A stretch of DNA of 64,000 nt from Ignavibacteria bacterium (GTDB lineage: Bacteria > Bacteroidota > Ignavibacteria > UBA10030 > SZUA-254): the NCBI GenBank assembly GCA_031379665.1, contig JANNFI010000139.1:4588-68587 (forward strand), in the 5' to 3' direction. The position numbers and the translations under genes were made by a program. The notes beneath the pieces were generated by a model, which was not told the origin of the DNA, did no database searches, and saw only the letters and a program-made list of their open reading frames with translations. The first letter of the stretch is position 1; each line of letters begins with the position of its first letter. Below, piece after piece: positions 1-8,293 of this stretch.

Positions 1-410
1 TGATCCTCGCTTCGCCGAAATCGATTGAAGTGAAAATCGAGAACACCGACAACGTGCTGATCTGGGGGGACCGCGAGCGGCTGCGGCAGATGATCCTGAA
101 CCTGGTGGACAATGCCATCAAGTACAGCGGCGAGAAGACCGCCATCACGCTTTCACTGGCGAAGAACGACGGCGCCGCGACGATGGTCGTCCGCGACCAG
201 GGGATGGGCATCCCCAAGTCCGAAATCACCAAGATTTTCGACCGGTTCTACAGGGTGGACAGGGCGAGGTCGAGGACGCTCGGAGGTTCCGGCCTGGGGC
301 TGGCGATCGTGAAATGGATCGTGGATGCCCACGGCGGAACGATCGCCGTGAAGAGCGGTGTCAACAAGGGGAGCGAGTTTACCGTGACCCTGCCCGTCGC
401 CGTGAAGTAA
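1..410 (+). CDS. Sensor histidine kinase, C-terminal HATPase_c fragment (5' end outside window)
   Basis: Translation carries the N/G1/G2 boxes of an HK ATPase domain (LNLVDNAIKYS, DQGMGIP, GGSGLGLAIVK). No upstream start lies inside the window. Confidence 0.8.
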   Translation, partial: ILASPKSIEVKIENTDNVLIWGDRERLRQMILNLVDNAIKYSGEKTAITLSLAKNDGAATMVVRDQGMGIPKSEITKIFDRFYRVDRARSRTLGGSGLGLAIVKWIVDAHGGTIAVKSGVNKGSEFTVTLPVAVK

Positions 411-1206
411 CCCGCCAGGCGAGCACCGCACCCTCGAGCACGAGCGTTGGATCCAGCACGTCGAAGAGCCCGGCGGCCTTCATCAGGGCGGGGGCGTCTC
501 CGCCGGTCCCGACGACGGTCGCCGACTGCCCCACGATCGCCTTCAGTTCACCCACGTTCTCCCTGACGCATCCGATCGCCCCGAACCAGACCCCGGACCG
601 GATTCCGCCGACGGTATCGGTGCCGGCAGCGCTGGCTGGGCTGGCTGGGCTGGCTGGGCTGGCTGGGATTGACCATTCGCGTTCAACAGAGGGGAGCGCG
701 GCGGTGCCGTGTCCGAGGGCGGCGGCGGACATCGAGATCCCCGGGGCGATCATTCCGCCGATGTGTTTCCGGGGGCGGGCGACGGCGTCGAAGGTGATCG
801 CCGTCCCGCAATCCACGACGATGACCGGAGATCCATATTTTCTGACGGCGGCGAGCATCGCGCAGACCCGGTCCGCGCCGAGGAGGCCCGGATCGTCGTA
901 GGCCAACCGCAACCCGAGCGGGAGCGCGCCGCTGACGAACAGGGGGGCACTCCCCGTGAGTTTCCCGAGGACTCCCGGCAGAACTTTTCGGACGGCCGGG
1001 ACGACGGAACTGACGACGCAGCCGGCGAGGTCCATAGGGTCGACCCCCGCCTCCGCGCAGACGAGGACCGTGAGTTCCTTCCACCACGTCCGGCCGGCCC
1101 GGGGCGGCCGCCGCAGCGTCCAGTGAGAGACGAACCCGCCTCGCCTCCCGACGTCGTAGACGCCCGCGGAGACGTTCGTATTCCCGATGTCGAAGGCCAG
1201 GATCAT
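379..1206 (-). CDS. coaX: Type III pantothenate kinase
   Basis: MILAFDIGNTN start and GGMIAPG motif. ATG at 1206 chosen over the long ORF-track extension. Start overlaps the birA stop (ATGA). The 3' end overlaps the convergent HK gene by 32 nt. Confidence 0.85.
   Translation of the reverse strand: MILAFDIGNTNVSAGVYDVGRRGGFVSHWTLRRPPRAGRTWWKELTVLVCAEAGVDPMDLAGCVVSSVVPAVRKVLPGVLGKLTGSAPLFVSGALPLGLRLAYDDPGLLGADRVCAMLAAVRKYGSPVIVVDCGTAITFDAVARPRKHIGGMIAPGISMSAAALGHGTAALPSVEREWSIPASPASPASPASAAGTDTVGGIRSGVWFGAIGCVRENVGELKAIVGQSATVVGTGGDAPALMKAAGLFDVLDPTLVLEGAVLAWRVTSRRRAGSR
631..666. repeat. Perfect 9-nt tandem repeat (GCTGGCTGG)x4, in frame within coaX, encoding (Pro-Ala-Ser)4
   Basis: Read directly from the sequence. 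The unit length is a multiple of 3, so copy-number change would keep the reading frame. Confidence 0.9.
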
Positions 1207-2102
1207 ATCAGGTGCACATCCCCCGCCGTGACCTCGAGCGTCCCGCCGTCCGTTTCGATCCGTAGAGCTCCCGTGGGCGACACCGACCGCGCGATCCCCC
1301 TGATCCGATTGCTCCGGGCTGTCGTCCCCGCAACCTCCACACGCGTGCCGAGGATGACGTTGCGTTTCGTCCACTCCGTGACGATCGCCGCCGGCCATCC
1401 GGCGTCGGATGGCCGGTAGAATTTCTCCAGGGCGCCGAGGACGCGGCCGAGCGCCGCCGGGAGGTCGATCACCCTGCCGGTCTCGATGAACAGCGAAGTC
1501 GCCGTCCTGGCGATGTCGACCGGATACTCCCGCTGGTTGACGTTCAGGCCGATCCCGACGATCACCGATTCCACCGATCGGGCAGAGATCGAGGACTCGC
1601 AGAGGATGCCTGAGATTTTCTTCCCCGAAAGGAGGACGTCGTTCGGCCACTTGCAGCCCGCATCCGTTCCCGCCATCTCACCGACGGAGCTCGCAACCGC
1701 GACCGATGCGAACAGTGAGACGACCCCGAGGAATTCAGGATTGATCTGGGGCCTGAGGATGACGCTGAACGTGAGGTTCATCCCCGGCTCCGCGATCCAT
1801 CTCCGGTTCTGCCTGCCCCTGCCTGCTCGTTGATCGAACGCCGCCACGACGCTTCCTTCCGGCGCCCCCTCGAGGGCCAGCCTTTTGGCGGTATCGTTCG
1901 TCGAGTCGAGCGACTCGAAGAGGTGGAGTTCCCTTCCCATCATCGTCGTTTCCAGGTGGCTTCGAATACCTTCTTCGGTCATTCGATTGGATTCGATTCG
2001 GGCGGTAAGGGGGACGCCTGCTCTGTCAACGACGGGCGACGCTTTGGCAGATTTTTGAGATTTTTCTGACACAGTGGCCGAATTAGCGTTCTGCGGGTTC
2101 AT
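1203..2102 (-). CDS. birA: Biotin--[acetyl-CoA-carboxylase] ligase
   Basis: BirA catalytic-domain signatures (GRGRQNRRW, KWPNDVL). Start is uncertain: the ATG at 2102 gives a 40-aa Ser/Lys-rich extension, and an internal ATG (MTEEG, about position 1982) is an alternative. Confidence 0.75.
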   Translation of the reverse strand: MNPQNANSATVSEKSQKSAKASPVVDRAGVPLTARIESNRMTEEGIRSHLETTMMGRELHLFESLDSTNDTAKRLALEGAPEGSVVAAFDQRAGRGRQNRRWIAEPGMNLTFSVILRPQINPEFLGVVSLFASVAVASSVGEMAGTDAGCKWPNDVLLSGKKISGILCESSISARSVESVIVGIGLNVNQREYPVDIARTATSLFIETGRVIDLPAALGRVLGALEKFYRPSDAGWPAAIVTEWTKRNVILGTRVEVAGTTARSNRIRGIARSVSPTGALRIETDGGTLEVTAGDVHLI

Positions 2103-2153
2103 TCATTGATTGTGAATATATGTATTTATATAGAATAATCGAGGATTTAAAGT

Positions 2154-2169
2154 TGGCACGTCTGTTGTA
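2154..2169 (+). promoter_or_regulatory. Candidate sigma-54-type -24/-12 element (TGGCACG-N4-TTGTA) about 60 nt upstream of dnaK
   Basis: Matches the TGGCACG-N4-TTGCW consensus except for one base (GC to GT at -12). Spacing and orientation fit dnaK. Confidence 0.25.
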
Positions 2170-2228
2170 AGTCTTATTATTGAAATTCAGTCCGGAATAC
2201 AGGATTTAACATTGAAGGTATTTTGAGT

Positions 2229-4169
2229 ATGTCCAGCAAAATCATCGGAATCGACCTGGGTACGACCAACTCCGTCGTCGCCGTGATGGAAGGCAACGAG
2301 CCCGTGGTGATCGCCAACTCGGAAGGTGCGCGAACGACGCCGTCCGTCGTCGGCTTCAGCAAAGGCGGCGAACGACTGGTCGGCCAGGCGGCGAAACGCC
2401 AGGCAGTGACGAACCCCGAAAACACCGTCTTCTCGATCAAGCGGTTCATGGGGCGGTTCCACGACGAGGTGAACGAAGAGATGAAGCTCGTCCCGTATAC
2501 CGTCGTCAAGGGAGACAATAACACCGCGCGCGTCAAGATCGGCGACAGGATCTATTCCCCGCCCGAGATCAGCGCGATGGTCCTCCAGAAAATGAAACAG
2601 ACCGCGGAAGACTACCTGGGGTCGAAGGTCACCGAAGCGGTGATCACCGTCCCGGCGTATTTCAACGACGCGCAGCGGCAGGCGACCAAGGAAGCCGGCG
2701 AGATCGCGGGTCTCCACGTACGCAGAATCATCAACGAGCCCACCGCGGCGGCGCTCGCCTACGGCCTCGACAAGAAGGCGAAGGAAGCGAAAGTCGCCGT
2801 ATTCGACCTTGGCGGCGGTACGTTCGACATCTCGATCCTCGAGCTCGGCGATGGAGTCTTCGAAGTGAAATCGACGAACGGCGACACACACCTGGGCGGA
2901 GACAATTTCGACTATCGCCTGCTCGAGTACATCGCCGATGAATTCAAGAAGACCGAAGGCGTCGACCTGAGGAAGGACGCGATGTCGCTCCAGCGCCTCC
3001 GGGAGGCGGCCGAAAAGGCCAAGGTCGAGCTCTCGCAGCTGATGCAAACGGAGGTGAACCTTCCGTTCATCACCGCCACTGCCGATGGCCCCAAGCACCT
3101 CAACATGACCATCACGCGCGCCAAGTTCGAGCAACTCGTGGACGACCTGGTGAAACGCTGCATCCCGCCGGTCGAGAAGGCGCTTCGTGACTCCGGGCTC
3201 AACCCGAGCCAGATGGACGAAGTGATCCTCGTGGGGGGAATGAGCCGGATGCCCAGGATCCAACAACTCGTCAGGGACATCTTCGGCAAGGAGGGGCACA
3301 AGGGTGTGAACCCGGACGAAGTGGTCGCGATCGGCGCCTCGATCCAGGGCGGCGTACTCTCGGGCGACGTCTCCGATGTGCTACTCCTCGACGTGACCCC
3401 GCTCTCCCTCGGGATCGAGACCCTCGGCGGCGTGATGACGCCGATGATTCAGTCGAACACGACCATCCCGACGAAGAAGTCCGAGATATTTTCGACGGCG
3501 GCCGACAACCAGCCGTCGGTGGAGATCCACATCCTGCAGGGCGAGCGCCCGATGGCGGTCGACAACAGGACCCTCGGCCGTTTCCATCTTGACGGCATTC
3601 CACCGTCGCCGCGGGGAGTGGCCCAGATCGAGGTCATCTTCGACATCGACGCCAACGGCATGCTCCACGTGATGGCCAAGGATAAAGCTACCAACAAGGA
3701 ACAGAGCATCAGGATCACCTCGTCCAGCGGCCTCAGCAAGGAGGAAGTGGAGAAGATGCGGCAGGACGCGCAGGCGCACGCCTCCGAGGATCGCAAAAAG
3801 AAGGACGATGTCGAGATCAAGAACCAGGCCGACAACCTCGTCTTCCAGACCCGGAAGCACGTCAAGGAATTCGGCGACAAGGTCCCGGCCGACCTGAAGA
3901 CGAAAGTGGAGACCGCGGCGGATGACCTCGATGCGGCCGTCAAGGCGGGAATCACCGCGGACATCAAGAGCAAGATGGAGCACCTCAACACGGTCTGGAG
4001 CGAGGCCTCCACCGTGATGTACCAGGGTGCGACCGCCGGAGCTCCGGGCAGCGATCAGGCTCCCCCGCAATCCGGCCCTGGGCCTGAGAACGGAGCCGGG
4101 AAGAAGGACGGAAAAGTTGTCGAGGACGCTTCCTATGAGGTAGTGGACGACAAGGACAAGGAAAAATAA
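2229..4169 (+). CDS. dnaK: Molecular chaperone DnaK (Hsp70)
   Basis: [18 protein letters not shown] and VILVGG motifs. ATG at 2229 used; the ORF track starts two codons earlier at a TTG. Confidence 0.95.
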   Translation: MSSKIIGIDLGTTNSVVAVMEGNEPVVIANSEGARTTPSVVGFSKGGERLVGQAAKRQAVTNPENTVFSIKRFMGRFHDEVNEEMKLVPYTVVKGDNNTARVKIGDRIYSPPEISAMVLQKMKQTAEDYLGSKVTEAVITVPAYFNDAQRQATKEAGEIAGLHVRRIINEPTAAALAYGLDKKAKEAKVAVFDLGGGTFDISILELGDGVFEVKSTNGDTHLGGDNFDYRLLEYIADEFKKTEGVDLRKDAMSLQRLREAAEKAKVELSQLMQTEVNLPFITATADGPKHLNMTITRAKFEQLVDDLVKRCIPPVEKALRDSGLNPSQMDEVILVGGMSRMPRIQQLVRDIFGKEGHKGVNPDEVVAIGASIQGGVLSGDVSDVLLLDVTPLSLGIETLGGVMTPMIQSNTTIPTKKSEIFSTAADNQPSVEIHILQGERPMAVDNRTLGRFHLDGIPPSPRGVAQIEVIFDIDANGMLHVMAKDKATNKEQSIRITSSSGLSKEEVEKMRQDAQAHASEDRKKKDDVEIKNQADNLVFQTRKHVKEFGDKVPADLKTKVETAADDLDAAVKAGITADIKSKMEHLNTVWSEASTVMYQGATAGAPGSDQAPPQSGPGPENGAGKKDGKVVEDASYEVVDDKDKEK

Positions 4170-4213
4170 CTCCTTCCGTTCCGCTCCTTTGCGGGCGGTT
4201 ACAGTGTAACGGG

Positions 4214-4246
4214 CCGCCCGCGATGAAAATCACGGGCGGTTTTTTT
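4214..4246 (+). terminator. Rho-independent terminator after dnaK
   Basis: CCGCCCG / 12-nt loop / CGGGCGG followed by TTTTTTT. Confidence 0.65.
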
Positions 4247-4384
4247 ATAGGCATGAAGAGAATGAACTTCCGAAAATTCATCATCAAATCGATGGAAGCG
4301 GTTCAGGCGTTGCCTGCTTTGATTGCGGGGCCCTTTTTCCTTACCTTCTATCAATAAAATTTCCATTTCAGGGCCTGGTTCTTC

Positions 4385-5287
4385 ATGATTTCACTGATCG
4401 TTCACGGCGGAGCGTGGGATATCCCCGATGCCCTTCTCGGGGCCCATCGCGATGGCTGCGCCTCCGCGGTCGGAACGGGGTGGGGGATCCTCTCGTCCGG
4501 GGGCACGGCCATCGACGCGGTCGAACAGGCCATCCGGGTGATGGAGGCCGATGGCACTTTCGATGCCGGACGGGGTTCCCACCTGAACGCGGACGGCCAG
4601 GTCGAGCTCGACGCGAGCATCATGGAGGGACATTCGTACCGGTGCGGCGCGGTGGCGGCCGTCCGGAGGGTGATGCACCCCATCACGCTCGCCCGGAAGA
4701 TCATGGAGGAGAGCGAGCACATCCTCCTCGTGGGGGAGGGCGCTGAGCGTTTCGCCGTCAGCGCCGGGATGACGCTCTGCAAGGAGGCCGAACTGGTCGC
4801 TCAGCGCGAACGCGACCTCTGGAAGACGGTCAACGCCACGTCCGGCTTCACCGCGAAAGACACGTTCACGAAACACCCCGGCGACACCGTCGGCGCCGTG
4901 GCGATCGACCGTTCCGGCAACATCTGCGTGGGCACTTCCACCGGCGGGACCCTCAACAAATATCCAGGGCGCGTCGGTGATTCGCCGCTCATCGGCTGCG
5001 GCTCGTATGCGGAAAACGGAATCGGCGGGGTGTCGACCACCGGCTGGGGCGAAGGGATGATCAAGGTCGTCCTGGCGAAGACCATCATCGACCGTATGGA
5101 GGAAAACGGGAGGGATCCCCAGCAGGCGGCGGACTACGGCATCGACGTCCTCCGGAAAAAAGTCGACGGGCGCGGCGGCGTGATCGTCCTGAACCACGAG
5201 GGCCGGATCGGTTTCTCGTTCAGCACCCCGAGGATGGCCTTCGCCTACCGGACGGAGGAAATGAACGAACCCCGCGTGGAGGTATGA
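4385..5287 (+). CDS. Isoaspartyl peptidase / L-asparaginase (Ntn-hydrolase, plant-type asparaginase family)
   Basis: HGGAW N-terminus, GDTVGAVAID nucleophile motif and GGVSTTGWGE. Stop overlaps the rsmB start (ATGA). Confidence 0.85.
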   Translation: MISLIVHGGAWDIPDALLGAHRDGCASAVGTGWGILSSGGTAIDAVEQAIRVMEADGTFDAGRGSHLNADGQVELDASIMEGHSYRCGAVAAVRRVMHPITLARKIMEESEHILLVGEGAERFAVSAGMTLCKEAELVAQRERDLWKTVNATSGFTAKDTFTKHPGDTVGAVAIDRSGNICVGTSTGGTLNKYPGRVGDSPLIGCGSYAENGIGGVSTTGWGEGMIKVVLAKTIIDRMEENGRDPQQAADYGIDVLRKKVDGRGGVIVLNHEGRIGFSFSTPRMAFAYRTEEMNEPRVEV

Positions 5288-6618
5288 TCCCGGCATCGAT
5301 CGCCGGCCACGTCATCGAACTTCTCGTGCTCGCCGACCGCGGCCCCGGCCCCGTCGACCGTCTGGTCTCGGGTTTCCTGCGTGAGCGGCAGTATCTCGGG
5401 TCACGCGATCGGCGCACCATTTCGGACGTCCTCTTCGGCGTCATCCGCCACCGCCGGCTCCTCGAGACCATCCTTGAAGAATTCCTCCGGCTTCACCCCG
5501 CGTATTCTACGATCGACGCCCCAGCCCGGAGGTACCTTCCGCTCCTGGTGATCCATTCGTCCATTTTCCCCGGCCTCTTCGCAGAAGTACCGCCACCACC
5601 CGAGGAGTTGCGGCCGCTCTGGACCCCCTATTTTCCCGACCTCGACCCCGCCGCCTTCGTTTCCTGGATCGCCGGCGCGAAGGACCTTGGCTTCCTAATG
5701 GAGGCCCCCGAGGTGATGCTCGCCGTGAAACACTCGTTCCAGGATTGGATGGTGGCCGACTGGCTTAGCCGCTGGCCCTCCGAAGCGGAGGATCTCCTGA
5801 CGGCCCTCAACCGTCCGGGTGTCGTCTCGCTCAGGGTGAACCGGCTTAAAACGGACCGTGACGCCTGCCGCGAGCGACTTGTCGCCGAAGGGATCGCCGC
5901 GACGGATGCTTCGTTTCCCGATTCCGCGCTTAGCGTCTCGAAGCGATTCAACCAGAATGCCTCGGCCGCTTTCAAGGAGGGGTGGTACGAAATCCAGGAT
6001 ATGGGGAGCCAGGTGATCTCACTCGCCTGCGCACCGCAGTCGGGGCATCTCGTCGTCGACGGGTGCGCTGGCGCCGGTGGAAAATCGCTGCACCTCGCCG
6101 ACCTGATGAAGAACAAGGGGAAGATCATCGCCGTCGACACTGATCCTGCCCGGTTGAAGGAACTCACCGTCCGGGCGCGGCGGGGCGGGGCCGGCATCAT
6201 CCTCGCCGTGGCGAAGAAGGACTTCGACCCGAAACGGTACGACGCCAGGGCCGACGTCGTCCTTGTCGATGCCCCTTGCTCGGGATCAGGAACCATCAGA
6301 AGAAATCCCGCACTCAAGTGGAGCATCCGCGAGGATGAGGTTGCGCGGTTCGCCAGCCGCCAGCTCGACCTCCTGAACATCTACGCGCCGTTGGTGAAAC
6401 GGGGCGGTCGCCTGGTCTACTCCACCTGCAGTCTTTTTTCCGCGGAAAACGAAGCGGTCGTGGGGCGCTTCCTGAGTTGTCACGCCGGTTTCCGGCCGTT
6501 GGACGTCTCCGGGACGATACCGTGGGGCATCGAAAAGGGGGCCCACGATTCTCTCACGCTCCTGCCCCACCGCCATCCCACGGACGGGTTCTTCATCTCG
6601 GTCCTGGAACGACCCTGA
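5284..6618 (+). CDS. rsmB: 16S rRNA (cytosine-C5)-methyltransferase RsmB/Sun (NusB-like N-terminus plus MTase)
   Basis: SAM-binding VVDGCAGAGGKS, catalytic DAPCSGSGTIRRNP and YSTCSL motifs. Confidence 0.85.
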   Translation: MIPASIAGHVIELLVLADRGPGPVDRLVSGFLRERQYLGSRDRRTISDVLFGVIRHRRLLETILEEFLRLHPAYSTIDAPARRYLPLLVIHSSIFPGLFAEVPPPPEELRPLWTPYFPDLDPAAFVSWIAGAKDLGFLMEAPEVMLAVKHSFQDWMVADWLSRWPSEAEDLLTALNRPGVVSLRVNRLKTDRDACRERLVAEGIAATDASFPDSALSVSKRFNQNASAAFKEGWYEIQDMGSQVISLACAPQSGHLVVDGCAGAGGKSLHLADLMKNKGKIIAVDTDPARLKELTVRARRGGAGIILAVAKKDFDPKRYDARADVVLVDAPCSGSGTIRRNPALKWSIREDEVARFASRQLDLLNIYAPLVKRGGRLVYSTCSLFSAENEAVVGRFLSCHAGFRPLDVSGTIPWGIEKGAHDSLTLLPHRHPTDGFFISVLERP

Positions 6619-6681
6619 CGCCCGGGGTTGCAAAATGTCACCGCTCTTCGTAGATTTCACTCACACACCATCAGTCATCCA

Positions 6682-7206
6682 ATGAAACATATCCTGTTTT
6701 CCCTGTTCACCGTCTCTGCGCTTGTACTGCTTTCCTCCTGCTCCGGCCGAAACGCCCGGGACCTCTACGACGAGGGCAGGGCCGCCGAGGATTCCGCGAA
6801 ATACATCCTCGCCCTCGAAAAATACGACGAGGTCGTCAACACCTATCCGTCGGAGGCCGTGGCGGAAACCGCTCTGTACCGGACCGTGATGATCCGCGCG
6901 AACGCGCCCGGCGACAAGGCGCTCGCCGTCGGTTCACAGATGCGGTTCCTCGAGCTCTACCCGAAAAGCCAGGAAGCGCCGAAGGTGATGTTCATGCTCG
7001 CGTTCCTCTATAACAACGAACTCGGCCGCACCGACAGCGCGAAGAAATACTACGAACAATTCCTCGCCGTCTATCCCGCCCACGAGCTCGCCCCGTCGGC
7101 GAAGTTCGAGCTCGAGACCCTGGGCAAGGGTCCTGAGGAGATCCTCGGGGGGGGCGACGCGCCCGCGGTGGCGTCGGAGAAGGCGGGGAGCGGAGGCCAG
7201 CCCTAA
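6682..7206 (+). CDS. TPR-like lipoprotein (BamD/YbgF-like fold)
   Basis: Signal peptide with lipobox (LLSSC) and TPR-like helices (KYYEQFLAVYP). Start taken at MKHILF (6682). Stop TAA overlaps the ATG of the next gene (TAATG). Confidence 0.6.
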   Translation: MKHILFSLFTVSALVLLSSCSGRNARDLYDEGRAAEDSAKYILALEKYDEVVNTYPSEAVAETALYRTVMIRANAPGDKALAVGSQMRFLELYPKSQEAPKVMFMLAFLYNNELGRTDSAKKYYEQFLAVYPAHELAPSAKFELETLGKGPEEILGGGDAPAVASEKAGSGGQP

Positions 7207-8114
7207 TGCCCTCCGTCGTCCCAGACCACCTGCGCTTCCTGCAGCCGGACGTCGTCGCGAAGCTCTCGAACATGGAGCTGGTCGCGCGTCTGGTGGTCGA
7301 GGGATTCATCACGGGGCTCCACAAAAGCCCGTACCACGGGTTCAGCGTCGAGTTCGCGGAGCACCGCCAGTACATGCCCGGCGACGAGATCAAGCACATC
7401 GACTGGAAGATCTACGGCCGCACCGACCGGTATTACATCAAGCAGTTCGAGGAGGAGACCAACCTCAAGGCGTACATCGTCCTCGACGCGAGCGCGTCGA
7501 TGGCATACGCGTCGGAGGGGCGCCTTTCGAAGCTCGAGTACGCCTCGTACGTCGCGGCGGCCCTCGCCCACCTCCTGATCCAGCAGCGCGACGCCGTGGG
7601 CTTCGTCCAGTACGACGAGAGGCTCAGGACCTTCATGCCGCCGCACGCGACGAAGTCATACCTGAGGGAGATCCTCCGCGCCCTCCACGCCGTCAAGCCG
7701 GCGAATAAGACCGCGACATCCGAAACTCTCCACAGCGTGGCCGAACGGATCAAGCGCCGGGGACTCGTGATCCTCCTGAGCGACCTTTTCGACGACCCGG
7801 CCCAGGTGATGACCGCGCTACGGCACTTCAGGCACCGGAAGCACGAGGTGATCGTGATGCAGGTGCTCGACCCCCTCGAGAGGAGCTTCGCGTTCGACCG
7901 TGACGCCGTCTTCCGGGATATGGAAACAGGCGACAAGATCACCACCCAGCCCTGGCACATTCAGCAGGCGTACCGCGAAGAAATGGGCAAATTCCTCGAT
8001 TCCTACAAGCGGGAGTGCCGCCAAAATAATATTGACTATATTCTGCTCGACACTACCACGCCCTTCGACGTGGCCCTGTTCGAGTTCCTCCACAAGAGAC
8101 AGAAGATGGGGTAG
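7206..8114 (+). CDS. DUF58 (vWA-like, MoxR-associated family) protein
   Basis: Typical DUF58 core (YxPGDDxRxIDWK, LDxSxSM). No MoxR ATPase gene is adjacent in this window. Confidence 0.8.
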   Translation: MPSVVPDHLRFLQPDVVAKLSNMELVARLVVEGFITGLHKSPYHGFSVEFAEHRQYMPGDEIKHIDWKIYGRTDRYYIKQFEEETNLKAYIVLDASASMAYASEGRLSKLEYASYVAAALAHLLIQQRDAVGFVQYDERLRTFMPPHATKSYLREILRALHAVKPANKTATSETLHSVAERIKRRGLVILLSDLFDDPAQVMTALRHFRHRKHEVIVMQVLDPLERSFAFDRDAVFRDMETGDKITTQPWHIQQAYREEMGKFLDSYKRECRQNNIDYILLDTTTPFDVALFEFLHKRQKMG

Positions 8115-8293
8115 GGGGGAGGCCCCCGTGCGGCGCATATCCGCACACGCACGACCCGGTTCGGAGCGTTTCGTCTCCCGGAATCATATCGTCCATCATG
8201 CCAATGTCGCGTTCCTGATCTGATAACATCGTTCATCCCCACGCCAATGCGTGATGCTTCCGCGGAGACACACAACATTCCGGAGGTCGTCGA

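Noticed and set aside
2187-3299. 370-aa ORF antisense to dnaK. Similar long antisense or alternate-frame ORFs include 12663-13538 in uvrA, 22126-23337 in recJ, 39893-42001 in rnr, 50650-51786 in nuoD, 52373-53221 in nuoF, 20672-21751 in yebC/ruvC, 31264-32649 across nfo/amrS, 28244-29218 and 28207-29469 in the DUF1624 gene, and 27192-28247 in pta.
   Set aside because: They are Arg/Pro/Gly/Asp-rich low-complexity translations with no motifs. They lie opposite or out of frame from strongly supported conserved genes, as expected for GC-rich DNA with few stop codons.
4253-4357. 34-aa ORF (MKRMNFRKFIIKSMEAVQALPALIAGPFFLTFYQ) between the dnaK terminator and the asparaginase gene.
   Set aside because: It has AT-rich codon usage unlike coding regions here and lies in a promoter/terminator spacer. 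There is no supporting signal, so I treat it as noise rather than report it.
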